A stretch of 64,000 nt of DNA from the human T2T-CHM13v2.0 reference genome, Homo sapiens. Position 1 is the stretch's first letter. Each line of letters starts with the position of its first letter. Positions 1 to 17,604 of the stretch are shown here, in pieces. A program made the translations under genes and the position numbers. Location: NCBI RefSeq assembly GCF_009914755.1, contig NC_060939.1. One strand, 5' to 3'. The notes beneath the pieces were generated by a model. That model was not told the DNA's origin, did no database searches, and saw nothing but the letters and a program-made list of their open reading frames with translations.

Positions 1-349
1 ATTTTCTCTATCAGTAAAATTGGTTTAGATATATTGGATTAGGATAGAACACGTCACAATTTTTCTCACCTTTATGATTTTTTTTTTAGTTGGACCGTTT
101 TTCAGTTGGTGACAGTGTCAGAAATGAATTAAAGTTGTTAAGAATAGGTAAGGGTAAAGAGAAGGGTGTCCTTATGTATCAACTTTGCTTATTTAGTTTT
201 TTCAAGTTCAATAAGACCCTCCTCTCCCTTCAAGGAAGATGATTCCTAGGCACGTCTGTTATTTCTATCAAAACACCTGAGGTTTTTTTTTTCATTCATA
301 TTGTTAAAATACCAATTGTGGAGCGAAAAATGCTTCACCTGGGACTGTC

Positions 350-1250
350 CCCTGACAGGCGGTGCGACGAGGTCAGGCCCGCGCCCGCCAAGCCCTAGGG
401 CCGCTGCCGCCGACGGCCATGGAGGACGAGCAGCCCGACAGCCTGGAGGGCTGGGCGCCGCTCCGGGAGGGCCTCTTCGCCGATCCCCAGGGGCACCGGT
501 TGCGCTTCCTGGTGGCTTGGAACGGCGCGGAGGGCAAGTTTGCTGTGACTTGTCACGACCGCACCGCGCAGCAGCCGCAGCGGCGCGAGGGGCCCGGCTG
601 GGGCTGGAGCACAAGCCCGAGGCCGCCGTGTCCCCGCCCAGCTGGGCCGGCCGGCTCTCGGCCGCGGGGTTCCGCGGCGCGCGCCGGCAGCTAGCGGCGC
701 TGTGGCCGCCTCTGGAACACTGCTTCCCACGGCTGCCGCCGGAGCTGGACGTGGGCGGCGGCGGGGCCTGAGGTCTGGGGCTCGGGCGGTGGGCGCTGCT
801 GTGGCCGGCGCGCGTGGGCCCCGGCGAGGCGGCACTGCAGGAGCTTTGCGGGCAGCTGGAGCGCTACCTGGGCGCGGCGGCCCACGGCTGTGGCTGCGCC
901 ACCGTGCGCGACGCTCTCTTCGCGGCTAACGGCCGCGCGGCCGACTGCGAGAGCCCGCGCGAGTTTCGGGAGCGGGCCCTGCGCGCCTGATGGGTCGAGG
1001 CGGACGCGCGGCTGCGTCAGGTAAGCGAGGCCGGGCCGCCGGCGTTTGACCGCGCTTGGGTGGCCTGGGACCCGGTGGGAGGCTTCCCCGGCGCCGAGAG
1101 CCCTGGCTGACGGCTGATGGGGAGGAGCCGGCGGGCGGAGAAGGCCACGGGCTCCCCAGTACCCTCACCTGCGCGGGATCGCTGCGGGAAACCAGGGGGA
1201 GCTTCGGCAGGGCCTGCAGAGAGGACAAGCGAAGTTAGAGCCTAGTGTAC
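350..1250. promoter_or_regulatory. CpG island over WHAMM-pseudogene exon 1 (retained promoter region)
   Basis: Very GC- and CpG-dense stretch flanked by AT-rich DNA; contains the WHAMM-like ATG at 419 and the exon 1 donor at 1021. Confidence 0.85.
419..1020 (+). pseudogene. WHAMM-like exon 1 (disabled)
   Basis: ATG at 419; 1-bp deletion in the G run at ~589-592 (frame switches between the 362..694 and 301..771 ORFs); TGA at 769-771 (W>stop) and at 988-990 (R>stop); donor CAG|GTAAGC at 1020/1021. Confidence 0.92.
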
Positions 1251-1938
1251 TTGCCGCTGGGAGCTGGGCTAGGCCCCCAACCTTTGCCCTGAAGATGCTG
1301 GCAGAGCAGGATGTTGTAACGGGAAATGCCAGAAATACTGCAAGCAAAACTGAAAACAACCCATCCATGTAGGAAAGAATAACACGGACTACACGTAAGC
1401 AATTCCAAGTCTGTGTCTGCGGGGACGTCGCAAGTGGGATAAAATGGTTTAAAGGAAGAAATGGCTTTTAGGAGTTAGGGTGTTTTGTTTTAAGTAATAC
1501 AGACTTGGTCAAATGGAAAGCCGGTAGAAAGTGAGCTTTATTCATCAGTTTAGAATAACCGCATTAGTGCCCTTTTAAGCTTGAAAGAGGTAGTTTGAGA
1601 GAGTAATTATTTGAGTGGTAAACTTACTGAACTTAAGGGGACGGGGAAGTGCATGTTCATAGAAGGGTTTAGGAGAAAGTATGCCTTCTAAATCCACACC
1701 TACAGTTTACTAAGCAGAGCCAGGCTGGAGTCTCGGCTCACTGCTCTTATTAACCTGAATGATATTTTTCTGTGCATTCTTTTGAGGAAGGGGAGGTGAA
1801 GAGAAGAATTCAGCCTAAGCTAAATATAGAATAAGCTTTCTAAATTAAAATGGTTTTATAAAAGGAGCTTGTTAGTGGGGTCATTTTTGTACTGTGAGCT
1901 TTATGTGTAAATGTCTACACACCCACTTAACGTGTTGA

Positions 1939-2049
1939 TTTCACTTTAGAATATGAGGAAACCACAGGGGAGTTTCAGGCCAGTCAGCTTTTCATCTTCA
2001 ACTTTATAACTTTCACCTTAGGATATGAGGAACCCACAGGGGAGTTTCA
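1939..2049. repeat. Local direct duplication of ~39 bp (period 72)
   Basis: tttcactttagaatatgaggaaaccacaggggagtttca (1939-1977) vs tttcaccttaggatatgaggaacccacaggggagtttca (2011-2049). Confidence 0.85.
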
Positions 2050-2924
2050 AAAATGGTATCATTTTGTATCAGACTTGTTTTTTAAACACTTGGTTTCTCA
2101 CAGAGATAGGTGGTTTCTCCTTAAAATCGAACATTTATATGGTGTATTTTACTGTAGTTGCTATCAGAAAAGTTAGTTTTCCCAAATTTAAGTTCACTCT
2201 GGGGTACTATAGCATGAATGTAGTTCATTCTGTTGAGCTAGCTGTTCACGTTAGTGTAGTTCACATATTTATCTGGAACTCAAAAATGAGGGGTTGAGAG
2301 GGGAAGCTAAAATTCACAACATGTCCAAATATATAATTTTAATATTTACTTTATATTTAGAATAGAAAAGCAATTGATTCTAGAATTAGACCAATTGCTA
2401 GCATTGCTAGGATATATAAAATGAAGCTGAATGTTTTAACTCTGGAATTTTTCTGAATAGTCTAAGAAAGAAGGCTGAAATGTACCACTTGCCTTTTGAC
2501 TTTTGCTTGTGTGTTTTAATTTCGTTCAGTGAGGCTTTCACTTAAAAAAAATGATAATATTATTACCTGGATAAAAAATACAGCTGAAAGTAGATCACTT
2601 TAGCCTTAAGCAGAAGGATGGAAATAGAAGACTTTAAGAATGTATTGGTTGAAAAAAATCTATATTATTTGATTTTATTTCTCTTCTTGTGGGAGTAAAA
2701 TAATTTCCAACCAAATCAGTCCACCTAGATTATACACTGTTCAGTTTGTTTTCTGCCCTGCAGCACAAGCAATAACCAGCAGAGACCGGAACCACAGCTG
2801 AGGCTCTGTAAATGAGTTGACTGCTAAGGACTTCATGGGAATATTAACCTGGGGCATTAAGAGAATCAACATGCTAAAGTACTTGGAGACAGCTCTGTAA
2901 TGTTTTATGAGATTTTGTTTAGTT

Positions 2925-3221
<297 letters not shown>

Positions 3222-3355
3222 CTTATGAGCTTTTAAAAAGGAATACAGCCTCACAAAACCTTTACAGTCAGAAAAGTCAAATGAAAAAATATCCACAACC
3301 TCAAACCTTCTTTTGGGTCCTTTTCGCTGCATACTTAGTGCACAGTTGAGATTAA

Positions 3356-3733
<378 letters not shown>

Positions 3734-3957
3734 TGACTACACTAATAATATTCTGCCATGGATATATCATAATTTTCTTAACAATTCTTGTTTTATTGGG
3801 CATTTTTGATGGAGGATGATAACATTTTCGTATTTAATCAATATTTTAAATTGATGTATTGAAAGTTGAGAACATGAAGGTTTCTTTTGTTTAGCTTTGT
3901 TTGTTGGGTATGTATTACACTGTCCTGACTTGAGCTTTATTCACATTTGCTCTCTAG

Positions 3958-4131
3958 GTTATTCAAGGACACCGAAAAGCCAACACCATGGTAGCATTAA
4001 TGAAAGTTTACCAAGAGGAAGATGAAGCCTACCAGGAATTAGTTACCGTGGCAACCACGTTCTTCCAGTACTTACTGCAGCCATTTAGGGCTATGCGAGA
4101 AGTTGCAACTTTATGTAAGCTTGATATTTTG
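3958..4131 (+). pseudogene. WHAMM-like exon 2
   Basis: ctctag|VIQGHRKANTMVALMKVYQEEDEAYQELVTVATTFFQYLLQPFRAMREVATLCKLDIL|gta; 174 bp, open. Confidence 0.92.
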
Positions 4132-4254
4132 GTATTTTTTTAAAATTTTTATTTTATCACATTTACTATTTGTCATATATTATTTCTTTATTTACACTTA
4201 ATCTTCAATCTCTGTACTTTGTTTGGGTTTGTTTGGGTTTACTCTTATGTTTAT

Positions 4255-4831
<577 letters not shown>

Positions 4832-5259
4832 TGATGTTTATTTGCTTCAGTTGTTTTCCTCTAAGGACTCATGCAGATTTCTTAAAATAGGATGAAAATT
4901 TAAATAGCAGGACCCTAGATTGTAATTCAGTAACTTAAATTTTAGTAAATACAGTTATCGCTCTTGCTTCATTGAGCCATCAAACATCCTTGTGACACCA
5001 TTCAGGAAAGGCATTCTTATTCCAGTGTTACAAATGAATCTAGAGTCCAGAGTTGTTAAATAGCTTGCCTTGGGTCTCAACAACGGGAATCAGAAGACAC
5101 CTAAGAGATCTCTTGATTTCTGCCCCCTGCACTGGGCCATCTTTCCACATATAATCTCATGCCCCTGCCAGATGATTGTACTATAAAAATAGTATCACAT
5201 TTAGATGAAACTCATGCCACTCTAACCTGTGGATAAAGTTGTTCTGTTCATTATTTTGA

Positions 5260-5614
<355 letters not shown>

Positions 5615-5664
5615 TCTATAATTTTCCTTTCTTTAAGTAACAGCTGTTTTAAAATACCATTCAC

Positions 5665-5668
<4 letters not shown>

Positions 5669-5712
<44 letters not shown>

Positions 5713-5977
5713 CTGTATATATATATGTATACATATATATGTATGTATGTATGCATGTATATGTACATACATATATGTATATATGTATGTGTATATATGT
5801 ATACATATATATAATCTGTATAATATATGTATATATGTATATGTGTATATGTGTATATATACGTATATATGTATATGTATATATGTGTATATGTATATAT
5901 ACACATATATACATATATATATATACGTATATACGTATATATATGCATATATATATAAAATATATCTACATATATAA
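5669..5977. repeat. (TA)n / (TATG)n / (TACA)n microsatellite
   Basis: Pure (TA)n at 5669-5710 followed by a degenerate TA/TG/CA tract; source of the YIYI ORFs. Confidence 0.95.
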
Positions 5978-5984
5978 AAAGATG

Positions 5985-6650
5985 TACAATTCAGTGATTT
6001 TTAGTATATTGAAAGTTGCACAATGATCATTACTATGTAATTTCAGGACATTTTCACCCCCAAAAGAAACCCTGTACCCATTAGTCACTGCCAGCCCTGG
6101 GCAACCACCAATCTACTTTCTGTCTCTGTGGATTTCCCTACTCTGGACATAGCAACAGCATTATTGAATATGTGGTCCTTTCACTCAGCACAATGTTTGC
6201 AAGGCTAATCCATGTTGTAGCAAATACCAGGATTTCATTTCTTTTTATTGCTCAGTGATATTCATTGTATGGATATATTGCATTTTTTTCATCAGTTGAT
6301 GGACATTTGGGTTGTTTCCACTTTTTGGCTATCATGAATAATTCTGCTATGAATGCTTGTGTGTGAGTTTTTGTGTAGACATATCTTTTCATTGCTCTTG
6401 TGTACGTACTGAGGAGTAGGATTGCTGGGTCCTGTGATTACCCAGTGTTTAACCTTTTGAAAGACGCCAGATGGTTTTCCAAAGTGGGTGCATCATTTAT
6501 ATTCCCAGAAGAAGTAAATGAGGGTTCCAATTTGTCCACATTATCACCAACACTTGTAATTGTGTGTCTCTTTGGTTACAGCCATCCTAGTGGGTGTGAA
6601 GTGGTATCTCGTTATGGTTTTGATTTGTAATTCCTTGTCGGCTAACTTGT
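5985..6650 (-). mobile_element. Old L1 (L1M) 3' fragment
   Basis: ctggcaaccaccaatctactttctgtctct, ggacatttgggttgtttccac, gtggtatctc motifs. Confidence 0.7.
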
Positions 6651-6707
6651 ACATATTTCTTATGCTTTGTAGAAGAAAAATTGCATATTGGATGACATAG
6701 CTGTACA

Positions 6708-7075
6708 TGTCTTAGTTCAGGCTGTTGTAACAAAGTACTGTAGATTAGTGGCTTATAAACAACAAAACTTTTTTTCTCACAGTTCTGGAGGCTGGGTAGT
6801 CTAAGATCAAGGTGCTGGCAGATCCAGTGTCTTGTGAGGGCCAGTTTCTTAATTTGTAGATGACTGTCTTGCTGTGTCTTCACATGGTGAAGAGCAGAGA
6901 GAGAGATCCTGTGTCTCCTCTTCTTTTTATAAGGGCATTAATCCCAATTTTCTTGAGGTCTCCACCCTCATGACCTAATTACCTCCCAAAGGCCCCATCT
7001 TCAAATCCCATCACACTGGGGATTTAGGCTTCAACATATGCATTTTGGGGGGACCCAAACATTCAGTCCAATACC
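6708..7075. mobile_element. MaLR LTR (MLT1-like)
   Basis: tgtcttagt...ctcacagttctggaggctgg...cttcaacatatgcattttggggg. Confidence 0.75.
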
Positions 7076-7542
7076 AGTACATGTTATAAGCATGAATATA
7101 CAGATACTGTCTTTTAGGTGATAATATTACATATCCCTAAAAGAAATGATAACAACAGCTAACACTTAAGTGCTGTTTTCCAGGCCCTGTGCTGAGTGTT
7201 TGACAACACAGATCACTCATTTAAACAATTGTGTATTATTATTAATAGAGAGAAGCATAAGTTGACAACATTCCTCTCTAGAAAAAGTTATTCTAGGCAT
7301 GTGAAGTGAAAGTAGTTTTTTTTCCCCCCACTTTATGCCCCAGAGGGTCCTTTTGTCTTCCAGGTGGTGCTCAGCTTAGAGCCTTATTCATATGCAGTAA
7401 GGGACTGCTGAATGAATGAAAATTTAACTGACTGAGTAGTAGTGTAGTTAAATTAATCCATGTGACCAATTTCCTTTCAATTTCCTAATGGTTCTACATA
7501 ACTATTAGCTCTTACTAAGATAATTTTCCCTTCTGTCTGTAG

Positions 7543-7693
7543 AAGTCCTTGGATGAGGATGACCTAGGTCCTAGAAGGGTAGTTGCCCTGGAGAAAGAAG
7601 CTGAAGAATGGACCATACGGGCTGGAGAAGCTGTCGTCTCTATTCAAGATATCACAGTGAATTATTTTAAGGAGACAGTAAAAGCATTAGCAG
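7543..7693 (+). pseudogene. WHAMM-like exon 3
   Basis: ctgtag|KSLDEDDLGPRRVVALEKEAEEWTIRAGEAVVSIQDITVNYFKETVKALA G|gtgat; open. Confidence 0.92.
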
Positions 7694-8775
7694 GTGATAA
7701 TCTAAAAAATGCTATACGCAGATACGTGTAATTGATTGTCATTTTATTCAAATACCATTTGAGTCCCTCTTACGCACTAGGCACTGTGTTTTCTAGGTGG
7801 CGAGAATTCAGTGTCAAGCATTAAGAGACATTGTACAGTCTGGTGAAGGGAGAGAAATCTTAATTATCTATTCACTGAAGCACACAGAAAATGGCAGTGA
7901 CAATAAATGGCACAAAGAAGAGAGACATGGGGCTCTGAGGGTCTGTGAGAGAGAAATTGGGCTTGATCAGCGTGGTCACTGAAGGCCTCTGAGAAGTGGC
8001 GCTTGCCCCAATATCTGAAGGGTAAATGGAAATTGAGAGAATAGAAAAAGTGAGGAGTGTTCTGGGCAGAAGGAATAGCACTGGCGAAGGTCCCCTGGCT
8101 TGAGGGAAGTTGGCAAATAGGAGCTTACAGAAAACCTGCGGGGCTGGATCGCAGAGAGTGCAGGACAATGTGGTATGAGGGAGAATGCTGGCAAGACAGG
8201 CAGGGATCAGACCGTGCAGGGGCTTGCGGGCTGGGTGAAGGACTTTTTTTCAGTCTTAAATAATTGTTGATAAAAACACCAAATAGGAAACAACTTAATG
8301 TCTGTCAGTTTGTTAAGTTATGGTACATTCATAAAAGAGAAAACTACATAGCTATTAAGCATGATTCTTGATTTTTTTTTTATAAATGGCAGGAGTTTCT
8401 GATATATTGCACAGAATCAACAAGATATAAAGCAGAATGATGATCCTGGTTTTTTGGTCAAACTATCCATATGAGCCTGTCTGACTAGCTAGTCATAGAA
8501 ACAATATGGAAGCAAGTGTGCCAAAATATAAGAAGCACTTGCCTCAACTAGGTGAGATCATGACTTATTATTGTCCTTTTAAAAATTGAATACCTAAAAT
8601 CGTATATTAATGACCATGTATTATTTTTATAATAATAAAAAATTAATAAAACAAAATTTCTTTTAAAAAAGATGTTCTGCAGGTAGTATGGAGGCAATAA
8701 AAAAAGAATTAGCTCATGATCAATGTTTCCCTTTTTAATGAGGTGTAATTATATTTTATTTTTATAATCCAACAG

Positions 8776-8945
8776 GAATGCAGAAAGAAATGGAACAGGA
8801 TGTGAAGAGATTTGGCCAGGCTGCCTGGGCCACAGCAATTCCCAGGTTGGAAAAACTTAAGCTAATGCTAGCTCAAGAGACTCTGCAACTCATGAGAGCG
8901 AAAGAGTTATGTTTAAATCACAAAAGAGCTGAAATTCAGGGAAAG
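8776..8945 (+). pseudogene. WHAMM-like exon 4
   Basis: aacag|(G)MQKEMEQDVKRFGQAAWATAIPRLEKL...AEIQGK|gtaag; open. Confidence 0.92.
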
Positions 8946-8994
8946 GTAAGACAAAGATAAACATAACTTTGTTTTAAAAATACACTTGTATTTA

Positions 8995-9301
8995 TTTTTT
9001 ATTTTATTTTATTTTTTTTGAGACAGAGTCTCGCTCTTTTGCCTAGGCCGGACTGCAGTGGCACGATCTCGGCTCATTGCAAGCTCCGCCTCCCGGGTTC
9101 ACGCCATTCTCCTGCCTCAGCCTCCTGAGTAGCTGGGGCTACAGGTGCCCGCCACCGCGCCCAGCTAATTTTTTGTATTTTTAGTAGAGACGGGGTTTCA
9201 CCGTGTTAGCCAGGATGGTCTCGATCTCCTGACCTCGTGATCCGCCCACCTTGGCCTCCGAAAGTGCTGGGATTACAGGCGTGAGCCACCGTGCCCCGCC
9301 C
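8995..9301 (-). mobile_element. AluY
   Basis: Full dimer with Y diagnostics. Confidence 0.88.
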
Positions 9302-9877
9302 CACTTTTATTTTTTAAAAATTTTGTATAAATAAAGGATACAAGTGCAGTTTTGTTCCATGGATATATTGTGTAGTGGTGAAGTTTGGGCTTTTAGCGTA
9401 ATCATCACCTGTATAATGTAATTGTACCCATTAAATATTTCTCATCCCCCCTCCCACCCTCTTACTCTTCTGAGTCTCCAGTGTCTGTTATTCCACACTG
9501 TCTGTGTATACACTACTTAGCTCCCACTTATAAGTGAGACCATGTGGTAAAGCACACTTGTATTTTTAGATAGCACTTTTCTTTCCAGGCATTGTTAAAG
9601 AGCTGCTTTTCTTCACTTATTCCAACACCATCTCCTATGGAAGGTTAGACATAAAGTTTTCCTTTGGTTAAGATGTTTCAAAATACCACACTGTAGGATT
9701 CACTTTATAGTAACACCAAGCCCAGTATTGAAGTGGGTACTGTACTTGAAAATCAATCCAGCAATGTTTTCAGTACAGCTTTAAAATAATCAAAGAGATA
9801 CTTCCCTGAAGGATCTTAGACACTTAAGTTTTTTCCTATAATCTTATGACTTTAAAGCAGAAAACACTGTAAACACC

Positions 9878-10270
9878 TGTCTTAGTTGGCTAAGGCTGCT
9901 GTAACAATATTAAATGTCACAGATTGGGTGGCTTCAACAATGGACATGTATTTCTCACAGTTCTGGAGGCTGGGAAGTCCAAGATCAAGGTGCCTGCAGA
10001 TTCACTGTCTGGTGCGGATCCTCTTCCTGTCTAGTAGACAGCTGCCTTCTTAACTGAGTGCTCACATAGCCTTTCTTCTGTGTGTATGTTTGGAGAGAAA
10101 GAAAGTGATCCCTGTCTTTCTCTTCTAATAAGGGCACTAATCCCATGATGGGGGTGCTATCCTTTTGACATAATCTGAACCTAATTACTTCCAAAGGACC
10201 CACCTCCAAATAACATCACATTGGGAGTTACAGTGTCAACATATGAATTTTGGGGGGACACCAAATTATG
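9878..10270. mobile_element. MaLR LTR (MLT1-like)
   Basis: tttctcacagttctggaggctgggaagtccaagatcaagg...caacatatgaattttggggg. Confidence 0.78.
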
Positions 10271-10508
10271 CAATACATAATAATACCTCATTGCCATTTA
10301 TGTTTCTCAAAACCTAAATGTTTTTCTCTGTTTCAAGGATGGGATAAAGTATTAGCATCACTAGATGAAATGAAAAAGTGTTTCTTTCCTATTTGCTCTT
10401 TTATATTTAGTACGGAACAAGGAATAGAAAATAGCTAGAATGCTTCTAAAGTTTGTTTTTAATATACTATTTGTTTTAACTTATTTTTCTTTTTTCTATG
10501 AAAATAAG

Positions 10509-10674
10509 ATGGAAGATCTTCCAGAACAAGAAAAAAATATAAATGTTGTAGATGAATTAGCAATACAATTTTATGAAATTCAGTTAGAACTATATGAAGT
10601 TAAATTTGAGATATTAAAAAACAAAGAAATACTGCTTACTACACAGTTGGACTCTCTTGAAAGACTTATAAAAG
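10509..10674 (+). pseudogene. WHAMM-like exon 5
   Basis: ataag|MEDLPEQEKNINVVDELAIQFYEIQLELYEVKFEILKNKEILLTTQLDSLERLIK|gtaaag; open. Confidence 0.92.
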
Positions 10675-10882
10675 GTAAAGTTTTTATTTAAGTATATAGA
10701 TTACAATGTTTATAAATTTAAGGAAATACAGACCATATTATCAATTACTTTTTGTAAACTGTAACATCTGAAAATTTCCTAAAGTTTTCCTTCAGTGGTT
10801 TATTATTCAAATAATATATTCATTGTTAGCACATAGCAAAACAAAGAAAGAAAAATGATTATTACCCCAATCCCATCATCTA

Positions 10883-11224
<342 letters not shown>

Positions 11225-11808
11225 AGACAGATACTTAGTGGTAACAATTTGCTGTATAACTTTGTAGATTTCAAAATATGCTGATATGTAAAAATATAAA
11301 TTTTTAACCAAAACTACATAACCAGTTCAGTAACATCTTTTTTAAAATTTTTTAATGTTTAGGGGTGCATAGCAGATATATATATTTATGGGTTACATGA
11401 GATATTTTGACACAGGCATACAATGCATAATAGTCTCTTTTTCATTTAATACATAATAATTGTCTTTCTGTTTCAGAAATAATAAAAGTATCAAAATTTT
11501 AATGGCTGCATAGTATTCCATTATATGGATATACCGTGATTTCCAAATTTCCGCTGTTTTGAACAGTAGTGTAGTGAACTTTCCTTTACACATGTCTTTG
11601 AGTATAGGACAGATTATCTCCTTGGAATAAATATCTAAGGATGGAATTATTGGGTCAAGGGCAATGTATATTTTACATTTTGCTATGTAACAATACAGCA
11701 GTCATCTGAGATACATTTTTCCTCACCTCTGTATTATTTTCTGATTTCTAAATTTCATACTATGTAGTGGCCCTCTAGATAGGTCGTACATTTAAAATGA
11801 CGCTCCCA

Positions 11809-12181
<373 letters not shown>

Positions 12182-13565
12182 TTACTTGACAGAGAAAATG
12201 GCAGTCTTCCAATTTTCATTTATTTAATTGTGAGTGATTATTGAACAAAATTTTGTATGTTTACAAGCCATTTGTACTTATTTTATGAAATGCCTATTCA
12301 TAGTCTTTGTCCATTTTTCTTTGGAATATTTCCTTTCAACATTAAGAATAATGTCCTCTATTGTCTGTCATATGTTGCAAATAATCTCTCCTTGTCATTT
12401 GCGTTTTCTTGCCTTTCAGAAATATTTAAGTTTTATGAAGTCGTGTTTATCGATTTTTTTCCCCTATGGCTTCTGCTTTTAGTATTATGTCTGGCAATAG
12501 TCTCCTATCCCAAAATTATGTCAATATATACTTATGTTTTCTTTCAGTATGTTTATGATGTTATTTTTTAAAACATTTAATTCTTTAGTCCAGGTGGAAT
12601 TTATTTTGATTGTGGTAGGAATTGAACCTTTCCCTCAAATTGTTAAGCAGTCCCAATCACTGATTTTAAAAACATTTTCCCTAAATGTTTAACATTTCTC
12701 CAGTTAAACATTAGATTGACTTTGGTCTGTTTCTGAGTTGTTCTCCTCCATTGGTTCGTGAGTGGCTTCTGCTGCTGGCTCCATACTGTTCCCACAACTG
12801 TCTTGGAGGCACATTTTAGGGTCTGGTAAGGCAAGTACCCCCCACATTACTTCACAAGTTTTCTGACTATTTTCACTCCTTTATTCTTTCAGATGAAATT
12901 TAGAATCAAGTTCAAAACAAAAAACTCTTTGGAATTTTGATTGTGATTTTGCTTAAAATTAGAGATTACTTTGGGGAGAATAGTGGTCTTTGCAATTTTG
13001 AATCTTCCTACCCAAGAACATGGTATGTCTCTCTCCATTTATTTAAATCTTTTTTCCTAAAGTTCCTCCAAGTTTAATAAATTTCTTCACATAGATCCTG
13101 AACTTTTAGTTTAATCCTGAGTATTCAGAATTTTTTTCAGTAGTTTCAGGTTATAAGCATTTTACATATTTAGGAAAAAAATTACATTAAAAAAGAAGTT
13201 AATCTGGAAGGATGCATGCCAAATTGTTCATAATGTTTTTCCTCTGAGAATGACTCAGAAGGTTTGGGGAAGGAGCAATAGAATTTCACTGTTTATTTGA
13301 TGTACTTCGGGTGGGTTTGAATTTGTTACAGTAAGCATGACTTTTAAAAAATCAATATGTAATCAAGATTAAATATCACTAAGGCATCTTAATAATATAT
13401 TGCTGGTAGAATATAAGTTGCCTTTCTGGAGGGCAGTGTGGCAATGGGTATCAAGATCCTTAAACACTTATCTGCTAAGGAAGTGATAAAAAGCATACAC
13501 AAAGATTTATACAGAGATGTTCATCACAGTGAAATGAATAATAATGGAACATTGGAACAGCCTAA

Positions 13566-13922
<357 letters not shown>

Positions 13923-14284
13923 TAAAAATTTATTTCCATCCCATGGAAAGTGTTCTTTTAGAACTCCATTGATACGTGTAGCTATGTAAGTAGTATGTGT
14001 GTGTGTGTGCATGTGTATATATACATATGTCTATACAGGTATATATACATGCATATACTACTTACATGTATATACACACATGCTACTTACATACATGTGT
14101 ATAGTCATGTATATATACACATGTGTATATGTATATTACATTTATACACAGATTTTTTATATGTTAATAGTGATTCTCAGTGGTGGGATTACAAGTGATC
14201 TTTATTTTCCTTACATTTAAAAAAATTCAATGTATTTTTACAAATAATAAAATATGTTTTTAACAATCATTAATACCTTTTTAG

Positions 14285-14471
14285 AAAAACAGGATGAAGT
14301 TGTCTATTACGATCCATGTGAAAGTCCAGAGGAACTTAGTCATTGACTGTGGTGGGGCTGCAGGACGATAAGAATTCGGAAGTGAAAGAACTCAGAAGGC
14401 AGTGCCAGCAGCTGGAGTCTATTAAACGGGGCAGGATCTGTGTCAAAAGAGCTTCTCTCCAGAGTAGAAAG
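14285..14471 (+). pseudogene. WHAMM-like exon 6 (frameshifted)
   Basis: tttag|KQDEVVYYDPCESPEEL, then small deletions at ~14338-14350 give TGA at 14344-14346; homology resumes in another frame (VGLQDDKNSEVKELRRQCQQLES...SRK|gtggg). Confidence 0.9.
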
Positions 14472-14642
14472 GTGGGTACGCTCAGAGCGGCTTTCTTTTC
14501 TTTTCTCTTCCAGAGATTTATTCTTGTATGAAGGATAAAGAGGTATTGAAATAAGGTTTTTACCAACACAGTGATTAATTTTTTGTGTGCTTATGAACTT
14601 ATCCATGGCTATAGTTAAAATGATTTTTAATATTTTTCTTAA

Positions 14643-15692
<1,050 letters not shown>

Positions 15693-15734
15693 TAATTACT
15701 CTTCCATGTAAATACAAATACTTAAAAAAAACTT

Positions 15735-16008
15735 GGCTAGGTGCTGTGGCTTATGCCTGTAATCCCAGCACTTTGGGAGGTTGAGGTGGGAGAATCACTT
15801 AAGGCCAGAAGTTCGAGACCAGGGACAACACAGGGAGACCTCATCTCTGTGGTGCGCATGTATAGTCCCAGCTACTCAAGAGGCTGAGGCAGGAGGATTG
15901 TTTGAGGCCAGGAGGTTGAGGCCTCAGTGAGCTGTGATTGTACCACTGCACTCCAGCTAGGGTGATAGAACAAAACCCTGTCTCTAATAAAAATTAAAAA
16001 TAAAAAAA
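15735..16008 (+). mobile_element. AluJ-like, linker deleted
   Basis: Diverged Alu with a shortened middle. Confidence 0.75.
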
Positions 16009-16439
16009 TTTGTTAGAAGAGTATATTCTTTGCATGTTCATGTTTAAGAATTGTACTTCTGGATTTAGGAACTGTTATTCAGAGGATTTGAAGATCTACA
16101 GGCATTTGCCCTTTGCTCCACATTTCAGAAAACCCATGAGCCCCAAGAGGAGTCTCCTTTGGCACTCCCATGGTGCTGTGGATGAACAGATGCCTCCACC
16201 TCCTTGGCAGTGTTATATGTATATGTATATAAAATGCTCCTGTGCCTTCTCTTATCCAGACTTGGAGCATTAACCTTCACTCTCAAGATATAATCACTCC
16301 CCCTACCCCATTTAGAGGAGCTCTTTCCACTGATTCTGGAAATGTTGGAATTTGGAAGTCACTCGGTTAATAGAATGGTAGTTGAGGTGAGCTCTCAACT
16401 TGGGTTCAGATCGCAGTCTGGCCACTTAGGTAGTAGTCA

Positions 16440-16646
<207 letters not shown>

Positions 16647-17263
16647 TCAGTCTCAAAAAAAAAAGATAGTGGTAATAATACAAATTTCATGTGACGATAG
16701 AGTAGCATAAGGCATGAAAAGTACTTATCATTGAAGCTAAAACCTACTCAATAAATGTTAGTATTATCTGTGAGTATTACTGTATTATTTTTTACATAGA
16801 TTAAGGATTTTATGTACATATAGCATATTATATATTGGTATAGTGAGTGGTTAAGCACAGGTGAAACACAGTTATAACAATTTTTCAGTTGCTCTGCGTT
16901 TGTAGGTATGCTTGGAAATGTAATTAGTATTTATAATGTTATGGGGAAATGTGTTTAAAACAATCACATTAAAACATTGTTGGGACACATCCCATTTAAG
17001 AATGGGGGCTGCCTGTGTGTCCTCTCATGGTTGGCGGATTGTTTTCACCTCTTAAAGCACTCTGCTGGGAATAAATTATTTCCATAAGCAGCCAGGCAAC
17101 TCTCATCATAGACTGTGGAGGAGAGTACCATTGGGCCGCACCAGAACTAATATTAATGAATGCCTTACACTACGCCCAAATGCAGTGCTTTCTTCTTTTA
17201 ACCTTTTATGCTATACCAGGGTAACACTAAAAACCATGTAGGTGATTTGTATTATTCCACCAG

Positions 17264-17350
17264 GATCAGTGCGAAGAAAATCATTGGCTCAGATTGCAAC
17301 AGGCTGAAGAAAGCATAAGATATTCTCGTCAGCATCACAGTATTCAGATG
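17264..17350 (+). pseudogene. WHAMM-like exon 7
   Basis: caccag|DQCEENHWLRLQQAEESIRYSRQHHSIQM|gtgagt; 87 bp. Confidence 0.9.
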
Positions 17351-17604
17351 GTGAGTGTCCTCCGAAGGAAAATGTTCTATGTTTGTGTAGCGTGACATGC
17401 AGGCCTAGACTTGTGGAAACTGGACTTGCGCTGCCCTGGACCTGCAGCTGTCAGCCAATTCACCTCCAGGCCTGCAGTCTGGTTGCAGTCTTGGGGTGGT
17501 AATGTTGGGGTACAGCCTCTTTCTTTGTCAAGACATTTTTATTGTATGCCACGACATTTTTGTAATGTTGAGCAATTTACAAATATACATCTGCTTAAAT
17601 ATAG

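Noticed and set aside
246-1368. Many overlapping 60-150-aa ORFs
   Set aside because: GC-rich stop-poor island; only the frames matching WHAMM exon 1 are meaningful.
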